Of a DNA stretch of 64,000 nucleotides, positions 48,782 through 61,200 are shown one piece after another. Numbering within the stretch: position 1 is the stretch's first letter; each line of letters begins with the position of its first letter. The notes beneath the pieces are model-generated. The model was not told the DNA's origin. It did no database searches and was given only the letters and a program-made list of their open reading frames with translations. Where the stretch lies: sequence record SRR31156797_2095. The stretch is one strand, 5' to 3'. The translations under genes were made by a program, and so were the position numbers.

Positions 48782-49732
48782 TTACTGATTTACAAACAGC
48801 CAGCGGTAAAAGAATTTTTCTGGAACAGAAGCTGTAAGACGCACGAGGAGCGCAACAAAAAGGACAGAGAATATTGTACGCAGGAAAAGTATACCGGATA
48901 TATCACCGCCGACAGCCATCATAAGGACAGTGTCCTCAACCATAGAGTGGCATATCCCCATGAAACCGAGGCTGAAGAATACGTCCCTATGAGGGATTTT
49001 ACCCGATTTAGCCTCTTTGATGATCAATCCGCCGCCGTAAGAAAGCCCCAAGGTGAAACCGACAACAGTTACATACGCCGCCTGCTCGCCTATCCCCATG
49101 ATCTTAAGGAGCGGTCTGCATAGCTTATTTATGAGGTCTATAGCTCCACTCTTCTCAAGAGCCTTCATCATCAGGACAAGTAGAAAAACTATAATAACGA
49201 TATAGCCGAGGTTTATAAACTCTCCGTAAGCCCAGCCTAGGATAGTGTCGTCAACTTTTGCCGGGGTGTATAAAATACTGACAGGCTCCTGTAACAGATT
49301 AAAGGAACTGTAGAAAACATTTAGGAGCATACCGAATATGAGCGCAGAGCCGAATCTGAAAGCGAACATACCGCGAAACCTTGCACCAGCTTTTTTAGAT
49401 ATCTGAAGTTCCACCGGAAAGCCATGTGCCATCAGCATCATAGAGGCCATAACGGTTGCCTGTGCGACGGTGAGGTCTAAATCCTTACCTAAAGCAGCCA
49501 TAGCTATCACACCACCGTAAAGGTTTGTCGCAAGCGTAGTCGCCCAAACAATCCCCATCTCGCCAGGAAGCCCGGTAAGAAACATCATAGGCTCAAGTAT
49601 CTTACCTAAGTATATTACAAGCCCGGTCTCCTGAAGGATTTTAATTACAATGATAGTGGGTATTAATATTTTAAAAAGGGTGGTACAAATCTCGTAAGTT
49701 TCTTTGAAAACAGATTTAATAAAAGCTATCAT
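48782..49732 (-). CDS. Nucleoside-recognition (Gate) domain membrane protein
   Basis: Hydrophobic duplicated Gate pattern, GLSYGGGLII, CHSMVEDT. Confidence 0.75.
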   Translation of the reverse strand: MIAFIKSVFKETYEICTTLFKILIPTIIVIKILQETGLVIYLGKILEPMMFLTGLPGEMGIVWATTLATNLYGGVIAMAALGKDLDLTVAQATVMASMMLMAHGFPVELQISKKAGARFRGMFAFRFGSALIFGMLLNVFYSSFNLLQEPVSILYTPAKVDDTILGWAYGEFINLGYIVIIVFLLVLMMKALEKSGAIDLINKLCRPLLKIMGIGEQAAYVTVVGFTLGLSYGGGLIIKEAKSGKIPHRDVFFSLGFMGICHSMVEDTVLMMAVGGDISGILFLRTIFSVLFVALLVRLTASVPEKFFYRWLFVNQ

Positions 49733-50925
49733 ACAAGCCTTTGAACCTGATAAATTTTGCTAAGGGTCTCCATCACTTTATCAATATGGTCATAACCTCT
49801 TGTCTCAAGAGAGATATTAACCCTTGAGAGCCCAACAGGGACATTCATATCATTACGAACATGAACTATCTCATGAATATTCGCCTGTAAGTCGCTGATA
49901 ACAGTGCTTAGTGATGTAAGTGCGCCCGGAACATCACGGAGGATTATCGATACGGTCATAAATCTGCCCGTAGCTGTCATGCCTCTGTTAATAACTCTAT
50001 TGATAGTGGTCACGTCTATGTTACCACCGGAAACCACAAGGACTGTGGTCTTATTTTCCACTTCTATCTTACCAGCTAAAACCGCCGCCAGAGGAGCAGC
50101 ACCTGCACCCTCCACAACCATCTTAGCCCGCTCCATATACTCTAAAACGCCGAAAGCAATCTCGCTCTCGCTGACCGTCACAAGCTCGTCAACACAGTCC
50201 TGACAGTGCCTTAGAGTCCGCTCGCCAACCTGCTTAACAGCTATCCCCTCTGCGAAAGTAGCAGATGTTGAAAGGCTTACAACCCTCCCCTCAGAAAGAG
50301 AGCTGACCATACCGGCAGCCTCGGAAGCCTGCACACCTATAACCTTTATTTTATTATCAAAACCTTTAACATATTCAGCAACACCGGAGATAAGACCGCC
50401 GCCGCCGACAGGGACAACTATCTGATCAATATCAGGATTCTCATTTAAAATCTCATAAGCCGTACTACCCTGCCCGGCAATCACATCAGGATCATCAAAT
50501 GGGTGTACAAAAAATAGATTTTCATTTTCAGCTATCTCAAGTGCGTGTTTATAAGCATCTTCGAAAGAATCACCGTGAAGAATAACCTCTGCGCCGTAGC
50601 TCTTAGTGTTGTTCACCTTCACCATTGGGGTGAAAGCCGGCATGACAATTACTGCACGGATATCGAGGGTTTTACAGCTGAAAGCCACACCCTGAGCATG
50701 GTTGCCTGCGGATGCCGCCACTACGCCATTTTTGCACTCAGCCTCATGCTTGAGTATGCAGTTGAGCGCACCTCTTATTTTAAATGAGCCTGTCCTCTGG
50801 AGGTTTTCCAGCTTGAAAAAGATATCTCCGCCTGTTCGCTCAGAAAAATTATTAGAATAATAGAGCGGAAGGTGTTTGATATGTTTACGAATTCTGAAAT
50901 AAGCTTTAGTTATATCTTCAAACAT
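49729..50925 (-). CDS. ilvA: Threonine ammonia-lyase with C-terminal ACT domain
   Basis: KLENLQRTGSFKIRGA (PLP Lys), SAGNHAQG, VGGGGL, SGGNID, ACT tail. Could be IlvA- or TdcB-type. Confidence 0.85.
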   Translation of the reverse strand: MFEDITKAYFRIRKHIKHLPLYYSNNFSERTGGDIFFKLENLQRTGSFKIRGALNCILKHEAECKNGVVAASAGNHAQGVAFSCKTLDIRAVIVMPAFTPMVKVNNTKSYGAEVILHGDSFEDAYKHALEIAENENLFFVHPFDDPDVIAGQGSTAYEILNENPDIDQIVVPVGGGGLISGVAEYVKGFDNKIKVIGVQASEAAGMVSSLSEGRVVSLSTSATFAEGIAVKQVGERTLRHCQDCVDELVTVSESEIAFGVLEYMERAKMVVEGAGAAPLAAVLAGKIEVENKTTVLVVSGGNIDVTTINRVINRGMTATGRFMTVSIILRDVPGALTSLSTVISDLQANIHEIVHVRNDMNVPVGLSRVNISLETRGYDHIDKVMETLSKIYQVQRLV

Positions 50926-51033
50926 GAGGTTATATTAGTACCCGTAAGGTATTTTTACAAGCATTCTTTATTCATTTCGTTTGTATAACAACCTAGTGTC
51001 GGGTATATTTATAAAAACTATCAGGGTGTATTT

Positions 51034-51675
51034 ATGAAAAAACTACAAATATTACTGTTCATACTAATAGCATCAGTCATGCTCTCCGGCTGTGCTTCTA
51101 CGGGCTCCAGCGAACCGGCAGAGATGAAGGCTGTTCAGCCTCTTGAGCTTGAAAAGAGGAAAAAGATGGCTGTCCTCCCTTACGATTTCAAAGATAAAAA
51201 CACTTCCTATGAGGGTCTTGAGACAGGGCTTGTGGATCTGACAATAAACAGTTTTTTTGAAACTAAACGTTTCCTACTCATAGAACGCTCTAAGCTGAAA
51301 GATGTTATCAACGAGCTTCAATATAATGCGAGCGGTATGGTCGGAAACGACAACGCTCTTAAGATTGGTAAACACGTCGGTGCTAAATATGTTTTCGCAG
51401 GTGTAGTTACGTCAATCAATCCGCTGAAAAATCATAAAAGTGTCGGCTTTGCAACCATCGACAAGAAGGGCTTTGAGGTCACACTCCAGGGGCGGATAAT
51501 CGATGTTGAGCAGTCTGTAGTGATCGCATCTGCCACAGCTAAAGGTAAAGAGCTTCAAACTAAAAAGATGGCTATAGGCGCAACAACAGGAAGCATAGCT
51601 CCGGATGACACCCTCATAAGGATGGCGTTTGAAAAGGCTGTTAAGGTTTTGGTTAACGACCTCGCTTCACAGTAG
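51034..51675 (+). CDS. CsgG/HfaB family lipoprotein
   Basis: Lipobox LSGC, RFLLIERSKLKDVINELQ, KIGKHVGAKY, GRIIDVE. Confidence 0.8.
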   Translation: MKKLQILLFILIASVMLSGCASTGSSEPAEMKAVQPLELEKRKKMAVLPYDFKDKNTSYEGLETGLVDLTINSFFETKRFLLIERSKLKDVINELQYNASGMVGNDNALKIGKHVGAKYVFAGVVTSINPLKNHKSVGFATIDKKGFEVTLQGRIIDVEQSVVIASATAKGKELQTKKMAIGATTGSIAPDDTLIRMAFEKAVKVLVNDLASQ

Positions 51676-51891
51676 CAGACTGAGCTCCCTACTGAGAATC
51701 AGCACGATGCTCCTTCTCGGCTGATATTTGTAAGAGTTAGATAATGTTTAAGAATATGGGCGTTGGATAAAACCTTCGCCCTTTTATTTGTGTTAAATTT
51801 GACTTATCATTTTATTAACAAATTTATATTTCGATAAGCGTGAAAATATTCTTGACTTATATTCAAAAACCAATATATTCATGTCTGTGAG

Positions 51892-53055
51892 GTGACAAAC
51901 ATGAGCGAATTAAAGAAGTTGATTTATCTGGTTGCGGTTTTTTGTTTTATATATTTTGTTTCATTCGACACACCAAAGATGACAAGCTCCATACTCGAAG
52001 GTTTTTATCTATTACAGGACTATGTACGTGAGCACACACTCACATGTCTTATCCCTGCGCTTTTCATAGCTGGTGCGATAAGTATCATGATATCTCAGGC
52101 GGCTGTTACGAAATACTTCGGAGCCGATGCAAACAGGGTTGTAGCCTATTCCGTCGCATCAGTATCAGGGAGCATACTCGCTGTCTGCTCATGCACAATC
52201 CTCCCTCTTTTTGCCGGAATATACCGCAGAGGAGCAGGGATAGGACCTGCGACAGCTTTTGTATACTCAGGTCCTGCGATAAACATACTTGCCATCATCC
52301 TGACAGCTAAAATACTCGGATGGGAGATGGGGGTAGCGAGAGCGGTGGGAGCTATTGTCTTCGCCGTTATCATAGGTCTCCTTATGGCACTTATCTACCG
52401 TAACGAAAAGCCGGCAGAACAGCCGAACAAAGCAGCTATGCAGGAATCAGCCAGATCGCCTTTCAGCGTTATCAGTTTTTTCCTCCTTATGACAGCTACA
52501 CTTATCTTTGCAACATGGGCGAGACCTGAAACTTCGGGAACACTTTTTGCAACGATATTCAGTCTTAAATGGATGCTCGCTGGAGCCGCACTAGCTGGTG
52601 TTATAGTCATAGCATTCATAATACTCAACAAAGATGAGCGTACTGACTGGATGTTTGAAACATGGGAATTTGCTAAGCAGATTATCCCTCTACTATTCGC
52701 TGGTGTACTATTTGCAGGGTTCTTCCTTGGCAGACCGGGGCATGAGGGTATTATCCCTGCGCACTGGATAGAGTCACTCGTTGGCGGAAATAGTCTGAGT
52801 GCTATATTCTTCTCTTCTGTGGTCGGCTCGCTTATGTATTTTGCTACACTTACAGAGATACCTATACTTCAGGGGCTTATCGGAGCTGGTATGGGTAAAG
52901 GTCCAGCCCTTGCGCTTCTTCTCGCCGGACCAGCACTAAGTCTGCCGAACATGCTTGTTATCAGAAGCGTAATAGGTACACAAAAAACAGTAGTTTATGT
53001 TACTCTCGTGGTTATTATGTCAACAACAGCCGGATTCATTTTCGGTAACATATAA
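51892..53055 (+). CDS. ArsP/DUF318 family permease
   Basis: EHTLTCLIPALFIAGAI, AVCSCTILPLF, YFATLTEIP, GPALSLPN. Confidence 0.88.
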   Translation: MTNMSELKKLIYLVAVFCFIYFVSFDTPKMTSSILEGFYLLQDYVREHTLTCLIPALFIAGAISIMISQAAVTKYFGADANRVVAYSVASVSGSILAVCSCTILPLFAGIYRRGAGIGPATAFVYSGPAINILAIILTAKILGWEMGVARAVGAIVFAVIIGLLMALIYRNEKPAEQPNKAAMQESARSPFSVISFFLLMTATLIFATWARPETSGTLFATIFSLKWMLAGAALAGVIVIAFIILNKDERTDWMFETWEFAKQIIPLLFAGVLFAGFFLGRPGHEGIIPAHWIESLVGGNSLSAIFFSSVVGSLMYFATLTEIPILQGLIGAGMGKGPALALLLAGPALSLPNMLVIRSVIGTQKTVVYVTLVVIMSTTAGFIFGNI

Positions 53056-53066
53056 AGGAGTTTATT

Positions 53067-53303
53067 ATGAGGATAAAAGTTTTAGGACCGGGATGCAGAA
53101 ATTGTAAAACAGTACATGAGATGGCTCTCGCCGCAGTTGAAGAGCTCCAGCTCACGGATGCAACCGTTGAATACGTCAAAGATATGGGCGAGATTACTAA
53201 ATATATTATGGCAACACCCGGATTAGTTATCGATGAGGTTGTTGTACACGAAGGTAAACCGCTTCCTAGCTATGAGCAGGTTAAGGTAATGTTCACAAAG
53301 TAA
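53067..53303 (+). CDS. Small thioredoxin-like redox-active disulfide protein
   Basis: IKVLGPGCRNC...TPGLVID, the usual partner of DUF318 permeases. Confidence 0.88.
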   Translation: MRIKVLGPGCRNCKTVHEMALAAVEELQLTDATVEYVKDMGEITKYIMATPGLVIDEVVVHEGKPLPSYEQVKVMFTK

Positions 53304-53374
53304 TCAGATAAAATTACTCGAAATATGCAAGCTTCTGTGTTAGTTTTTACTTAAACTAACATGGAGGCTCAGCT

Positions 53375-54184
53375 ATGGAAGACTCTGCAAGCATAGTAAA
53401 AGAATGGATAATGAATAATGGAACAGACATTATCTTTGCCATTCTTATATTTATCATAGGTCGCATGATCGCTAAGGCTATCTCAGCCGTGAGCAAAAAG
53501 GCATTGGACAAGGCGACATCGGATGCAACTCTATCAAATTTTCTTTCAAAACTTATTTACTACCTGCTTTTAGCTGCTGTCATAATCGCAGCGCTAAACA
53601 AGCTGGGGATCGAGACAACGTCTATCGTTGCTGTATTGGCAACCGCTGGTCTGGCTATAGGTCTGGCGCTGAAAGATTCACTCTCTAACTTCGCCGCCGG
53701 GGTGATGGTCATCCTGTTTAAACCGTTTGTCATCGGTGATTTTGTTGAAACAGCAGGTACGTCCGGTGTAGTAGAGGAGATCAGTATCTTTACAACAACG
53801 ATGAAAACACCTGACAACAAAACTATTATCGTGCCAAACTCCTCTGTTCTCGGCGGGAATATAACCAACTATTCAACAAAAGAGACCAGACGTGTAGACA
53901 TCACTGTCGGAGTAAGCTACGAAGCTGACATCAAGAAAGTAAAAGCTGTCCTGACAGATATTGTCAATACGACTGATACTATTATGAAAGATCCTGAACC
54001 ATTTGTAGGGCTTGTTAATCTGGGTGATTCCAGTGTGGACTTTGTGACAAGGTCATGGGTTAAATCAGCAGACTACTGGGGCACATATTTCGAGCTGATG
54101 GAAAAGATTAAAGTCAGGCTCGATGAGGAAGGGATCAGCATACCTTACCCACAGATGGATATACATATTTCTAAGGAAGATTAA
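53375..54184 (+). CDS. mscS: Small-conductance mechanosensitive channel
   Basis: GLAIGLALKDSLSNFAAG, KPF.IGDFVE, VPNS, ISIPYPQ. Confidence 0.92.
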   Translation: MEDSASIVKEWIMNNGTDIIFAILIFIIGRMIAKAISAVSKKALDKATSDATLSNFLSKLIYYLLLAAVIIAALNKLGIETTSIVAVLATAGLAIGLALKDSLSNFAAGVMVILFKPFVIGDFVETAGTSGVVEEISIFTTTMKTPDNKTIIVPNSSVLGGNITNYSTKETRRVDITVGVSYEADIKKVKAVLTDIVNTTDTIMKDPEPFVGLVNLGDSSVDFVTRSWVKSADYWGTYFELMEKIKVRLDEEGISIPYPQMDIHISKED

Positions 54185-55014
54185 CTCTTTCTGACATTAA
54201 CAAACCAGTAAGCGATAGCCACAAAAAGCGTACCTCCGGTGAGGTTGCCAAGTGTGACCGCTATCAGGTTATCAGACCAGATATTAAGCCAGTTGAGTTG
54301 TGAGAGAGCATCAGTCGAAAGCCCTGACAGCTCAACTGCTTTTGAATACCCCTTCGCAAATATACCAGCCGAAAGAAAGTACATATTAGCTATGCTGTGC
54401 TCGAACCCTGACGCTACAAAAGCCATGATAGGGAAAAATATCGCAAGTATCTTTCCGCTTATATCCGAAGCTGCGGCAGCCATAACAACTGCCAGACATA
54501 CCAGCCAGTTACACCCTATCGCACGGAAGAAAAACGAGACATTATGATTCATATTCTCAGGTGTAACGGAAACTTTTGCGTATGCTATTTTAAGCGCTGT
54601 AGCCCCGACCACACCGTCTAAAAGACCTGAGCCCCACGCTATAATAAAAGCGAGAAGAACTGCACCAGCGAAATTAGCTATAAAAACGTAAAACCAGTTA
54701 CGCAAAATCTGAGAAAAGGTTATCTTCTTTTCAAGCAGGGGGATAGCCATAAGGTTATTACCTGTCCAAAGCTCAGAGCCGGGGATAATGACAAGCATGA
54801 GCCCGAAGCTGAAAACTGCACCGGTAAGGAATTTTTTAGCGCCGTACCATTCAAATGCACCGGTAGAAATTGTTGTAGCAAGATGAGCAGCAAAACCTAT
54901 ATATGCACCAGCTAAAACTCCAAGAATTATAAGGTGAGATGCAGGCATTTTGACTTTTTTCTCGCCAGTTTTTATAAAAGTTTCATATAATTTATCTGGT
55001 GTTAAAAAAGACAC
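54181..55014 (-). CDS. Formate/nitrite transporter (FNT family)
   Basis: GSELWTGN, CNWLVCLA, FVASGFEHSIANM, VTLGN..GG. Confidence 0.92.
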   Translation of the reverse strand: MSFLTPDKLYETFIKTGEKKVKMPASHLIILGVLAGAYIGFAAHLATTISTGAFEWYGAKKFLTGAVFSFGLMLVIIPGSELWTGNNLMAIPLLEKKITFSQILRNWFYVFIANFAGAVLLAFIIAWGSGLLDGVVGATALKIAYAKVSVTPENMNHNVSFFFRAIGCNWLVCLAVVMAAAASDISGKILAIFFPIMAFVASGFEHSIANMYFLSAGIFAKGYSKAVELSGLSTDALSQLNWLNIWSDNLIAVTLGNLTGGTLFVAIAYWFVNVRKS

Positions 55015-55289
55015 AATTCTCCTCCTGAGTTACAATAATATCATATGCACCATATTCCCTTTCCCTGTCAAGGTGTTTCGTTAGTTAAAGCACTAAATTA
55101 AAGATAAAAAGTGATATTTACCACAAAATCTTGTAAATAAATGGTCTTAAACCCTTTTTAAACCAGCATTCATTTTAGTTTAATGTTATAATTATTAACA
55201 GCTGGAATAACTCCCGCACATATATCACATATACATATCTGAGCTGTTATTTATTTATAAAACTTAATAATACGAATAAGGACTGTAAA

Positions 55290-58200
55290 ATGGATAAGCT
55301 CTTAAACTTCGGCATAAAATGTCTCTCAGTATTAACCGTAGCAATAATGATAACTGCCTGCGGCGGTGGTGGTGGCGGAAGCTCGTCATCAGATACCACA
55401 GCGAAAATCAAAATTAAGATAGATCAGGACAACTTCCGCAGCACTGATGCCAGAATCAGTGTCGGTAACTCTGAGGTGGAGGAACTCTTTCTCAGTGTGA
55501 CTGGTGGAAAATCAGAAGATGTCTCAAGAGATATTCTACCCGAGGTAAACTCTACTGGATATGTGTCACTTGAGCTGATACTAAAAAGCGACTACACGTT
55601 TTCAATTACTGCAACGGACATAAATGGAACAAACCTTTGTACCGGCTCCACTACTCAGTACCTAGACAAGGATACAGAGAACGTAGCTATTTCGTGTATT
55701 TCAACACAAGTTAACGACGATACAGATGATACAGACGATCCTGTAGTTGTTGTTACCCTGACAGGTGTAGCAGCATCAGGTCTGCCTCTTCAGGGTATGG
55801 TTTACCTGAAAGATGCAAACGGTACGGTTGTCAGCACTGTGATAGCTGCCGATGGTTCCTATGAGATCCCCACAGACGGTCTTGTCCCGCCATTTCTCCT
55901 TAAAGCAGAGGGTATTGTAGGTACAACAAATAAAACCATGTACGCTTTCACAGATTCTGATAGCGGAACTATGCACATCAACCCATACGTTAACCTTGCG
56001 GCGGCGGCGGCTCTTAATGTTTCAGATATGGATGCAGTTTACGAGGCTCCGCAGACATATACAGAAAATATGACATATAATAACTTACGAACCTCGGCAA
56101 ACATAATCACTGAAATGTTCGCAGATGTTTTTGAGGCACTCGGCGCCACAGGTGTTGACCCACTCTCAGGGGTATACACCGCTGACAGTACCGGAATTGA
56201 CGGTGTTCTCGACCACCTTGACATAACCCTTTCAGACGAAGGCTTTAAGGTTGTAAACAAAAACTCCGGCGCCCCTGTGATCTCAGGTCAGGTTTCGACA
56301 CTTACCTCTGGACAATCACTCCCTGAAATGCCGACAGCTTTTGTAGAAGAAATCGCGGAATATGTTCAGCAGGGTCCGGCTCAGATATCTGAAGTGAATG
56401 ACTTCATTAACGATCTCTACTTCACCCGTTCAAGAGGCGACTTCAGCAATTACGTCACCTCGTTCTCATTCCATAACGGGAAAACCCACTCTGCAACCCT
56501 ATCAGAAGGGTTTGGAGAAGGTACTTACTCAGCTATAGAAAATTTCCAGATATATAAGAGAAGCAGCATCTCTGACGTTGTAGTTTACTATTACGAAGTG
56601 AAGGCTAACGGTGAGAGAGTACCCCAGTACAAATGGCTTACCAAGATAAACGGCACATGGTACATCGACGGCAATGAAAGAAAATTTAAGCGGAGAGCTA
56701 TTGTCTCTTCTATTAAAAAGATAAATGAAAGTGATGAAATCTCATATAAAACAGGACTCCAGTTATACGCAGAAGACTCTTCTTCCCAAGGCATTGAGCT
56801 AATCGTTGTTACAGGCGACGGGCTTCCAAGTGATGGCGTAAGGATGGTTAAGAACGACTACGGCTATCTTAAGATTTACTCAGACGACAGCTCATCCGGT
56901 ATGTACTACTGGATGAACTCAACAGAGAGGGCTGCAATGGTTTCTGCTATGCAGTCAAACGGTTACGCTGAATACGCCTTCACAGCTTATACAGCGAAAA
57001 CAACTAACTATGAACCATCAGGTAGTGCTCTTCAAACTATTAAGCAGAAGATATATCCTACTGTCCTCCCACTTACTAACACTGAAAGCGACATCGACCC
57101 GCACTTTCTGTCTGTATCCGGGATGCAAAGCCACAATATAAGCTCTCTCAGCTCCGGCGGAACACTTAACCTTGCCTATACTGCCGGAACTAACAATATA
57201 CTCTACGGCGATATTAAATTCGAATGCGAAGATGTTTCTGGCGGGTATCACGACACCTCAGACGATCTGCCTATAGGAACTACAGCTATCTCGGTCGCTC
57301 TTCCGACTGCTAACTACAGCCTGCTTCAAGAGTGCTACGCATACATATACTACTTCGACTATGCATTCACAAAGATGATCACAAGCTGGAAGTTTATCAC
57401 CAGCACATCTGAGATGAGTGACGAGGCACTCCTTATCAGCACTGTCAGTAATGTAGACATTAATAATCTGCTCGGAGGAAACTCCGGCTACAGCACTGTT
57501 ACCACTGATCTCTACCTCCCTGTATCATTAGGCAGTAATATCTCTCTGAGCTGGTCATCGAGCAACACATCTGCTATCTCAAACTCAGGTACTGTCTCAA
57601 GACCTTCCGCAAGTTCTGGAGCGATAGATGTCACTCTAACTGCTACTGCAACACTTAATCAGGAGAATTACTCACAGGATTTTACATTTACAGTCCTGCC
57701 TGAGGATGAAATATATAACTCGGCAAGAGTTTATGCTGGGGCTATAGCTGACGGAATTGTAGAAATATATAAAACATCAGATATGAGCTCACCAGTCATA
57801 ACCACCAACACAAGCTCTGACAGTGACGATGTCTCTCTGATAGGTCTGTTCCAGTATCCTACTTCATCAATCATTCCTGAAGAGCTATATATAGTTATGG
57901 TTTACGGCGGAACAGCATTTGACGCAAATTATCAAGGATCGGATCCAGACAGAGGTATGGAGCAGAACCCTGACGGACAGACGCCTGTAGTAACTTTAAA
58001 CAAAGGAAATGTATATGCTGTCCTTTCCGGCGAAGACCTTATTAACGGTAACTTCAGCGTAAATGTACTGACAGATATAGTTTACCGTAAAATATCCTAT
58101 ATGATCTCTGCGGGAATGCCGTATCAGAAGATCGTGGATAAGATAGATGAATATGCAAATATGCTCCTCGACGGCAATGATATTGAGATAGATGGACAGA

Positions 58201-61200
58201 TTAACAATGGAGATATTCTCCTTTTTAACCCGTATACTGATATCGACAGTACAGCTTTCAGTTCACTTTCTCAGTTCTCCAGCTATATGAATGAGATATA
58301 CAGCAACTCTATGAACTCGTCTTACAAGTACCTCAGTATGATGAATTTCTCTGAAGTACATAGTATGACAGCCTATGACACCGCCCACTCATTTATCGAA
58401 AATGACATTATATATGTCTCTGAATACGACTATGGTATAAAGATACTAGATGTTAGTGATCTTGCATCGCCAAGCTACCTGGGCGGAATAATGGAAGCAG
58501 GCGATTACGTTGTCAAATCAGTAAAGCATGGCGATTATCTCTATCTTGCTGACAGAGGAGAAGGCTTTATATCAGTAGATATATCCGACCCTGCATCACC
58601 AGCAAAGGCGGATACATTCACTGGTGACAGCTACTCATCTATATCGGACATAGCTATCCACTCTAACGGAAACTATGCATATGTAGCTTATTCAGCTTCG
58701 TCCTCTGTGAGAATAATAAATATTTCTGATCCGACTAATCTTGTCGATGTAGGAACCTATAACACTCCGATTGCTATCGGTGAGCTTTATATGGACACCA
58801 CAAATGACCTGCTCTATGCGGCGGACACATCTGGATATGCAGGGGCTGTCATTATCAACGTATCAAGTCCTGAATCTCTCTCTCTTCATAATGGTGAAAA
58901 TATCTTTTATCAGGATGAATATAATACAATATATGATATAGCCGCAAAAGATGACGGCACTAACAGGGCAGTTTACATCGCTGGGCAAAACTCCATTGAG
59001 ATTTTTGATGCTACAAACCTAAACACTGTCGCATTCGAAATGAATCTAGGTAACGCAATTGCAGTCTCCCTTAAAATAGATAATGACATGCTCTATGTAG
59101 GCACAAATCAGTCGGAGGTAACTGTCTTTGACATATCCGATGCACTTAGCCCGCAAAAACTATATGAATTAACTCCTGATATAACAGGAACAAATAATAT
59201 ATCCCTCTCTGACGGAATAATTCACTTTAACACCGCATATGGTGTTCAGATAATTGAAGACAGTGGAAACTTTGCATCAAGACTCGGTGCATATACAGAT
59301 ATGGGTTACGCTTTTAGCTCGATAAAAGGTACAGACTCAAGAGTTTACGGAGCTGGGTACAAAAACAACAGTAACTATATAGTAGTAATGGACAGCTCAA
59401 ATCCGGAAGACATCACAAGCCTTAGCAGTCAGGCGTACGGCGACTCAAATACAATACAGAGCCTCGCATATGATGAAACATACTTCTCCGACACAGTGTT
59501 TGCCACTACATGGGGTAAGACACTTCTGTTCGGTATAAAAGATACTGAAACAGTTGATCCGCCAACGCTTTACGCTCCGGGAAGTGGAATAGCCAGACTC
59601 GACCCTATAGAAATAGTGGGTGACGAAAACAAGATGATCGTAGGTAACAGAGGCAGCTTTGATGTTTTTGACATTTCAGGTGCTCCGGCTTCTGCGACAC
59701 TTTTAAACACCCATAGCCTCGGCACATCATCTGCACTGCTATACAGTGTTATTGAGCGTAACGGTTATGTATACGGTGCTCAGAACTATACAGGGCTTAC
59801 AGTTTCGCACATTGATACCGGATTTATGGGCGGAATAAACAGCAGCAACGCATACGGCTTAGCCATTTTTGAAGACAGATACCTTCTGGTTACTGGCTAC
59901 GAATACGGCGGCGGGATGAACATTTACGATCTGGACACCAGCCCGACCGACCCTATGCTGGTCGGCAGTATAAACCTCGGACTTGATGGTGATGATATTA
60001 TAAAAGTCAGCGTGAGTGACAATTTCGCATATGTTTACGATCCATACTTTATACACGTAATTGATATCAGCGACGTAAAATTACCTCGCATAATTGCAGC
60101 GATACCGACCACAGCAAACAGTGTTGACATCAATGAGGACACTGTATTCATATCACACTCAGGAGGAGGCGTAACAACTCTCCCTAAAGCCTCGGTATCA
60201 CTCCCATATAAAACATTTTCAATGGAGTTTCTCGCAACTGCACAGGATGAGCTTTCACTTGCAACAATACTCGGCTCTAATCCATCTTCAACAGCAATAG
60301 ATTTAGACCTAAACCTTCCGGACAGTCTCACAAGCGGAGCCTATGTGAGCTGGATTCTTGATGATAACGGCTATATCCTCTCAAACGGAACACTCGACCC
60401 TCCGACCTATCAGGACGGCGACACAACCGTATACATATACGCTAATGTATCATACGGAAATGAGTCATACATATTAGGCTACGAACTTACTGTGCTCTCA
60501 CTCCCTCCTACAGATGACGATCTTGCTGAAGAGGCGTTAAGTATGCTTACGATTGAGGACATACTCGCAGGAAACTCCGACGGAGATAACATCCTTACAG
60601 ACATGAACCTCCCTACTTCAATAAGCGATGGTATTTCCTTATCGTGGGATGTAGGAAATGCTCTCTCTATTAATAGCTCAGGTGTTGTAACCAGACCAGC
60701 TTTCGGCGTAGGGAACGAACCGGTGACTCTCTCAGCTTCTGCATGGTATGGCGGCTCTGACGTACACAACAGAACTTTTGACATAACCATCCTCGCTGAA
60801 GATGCTGTTAATATTAACGTAGACGTTGGTTATGGAGGATACATAGGGGACTACTCCATGTATGCAGGTGAATACTATCTTTATTACTACGACAAAGTAA
60901 ACGAGACGATGTCCGTAGACGCAAGTAGTTCAACCCCGAACTACAGTGGTCCAGATGTTGATGCTGGTGGTGACTTTACATTTATCGCTAACCAGAACAA
61001 CTCTGTTAGCTCTGGCGATATCTTTATCTTAAGCGTATTTGGAGGAACACTGCAAGACGTTGACTACAACGGAGAGATAGATGATCCGGTAACTGATAAC
61101 TTCGGAGCTTTACACGCTATACTCCCTGGTGATGCTATTGGTACTGACGGCAATACTGTCGGCGTAAACATAATAACCGACATCATCTTCCATAACGTCG

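Noticed and set aside
55109-55126. Rex-like palindrome AAGTGATATTTACCACAA upstream of the FNT gene
   Set aside because: Several mismatches to the consensus in an AT-rich region, too weak to call.
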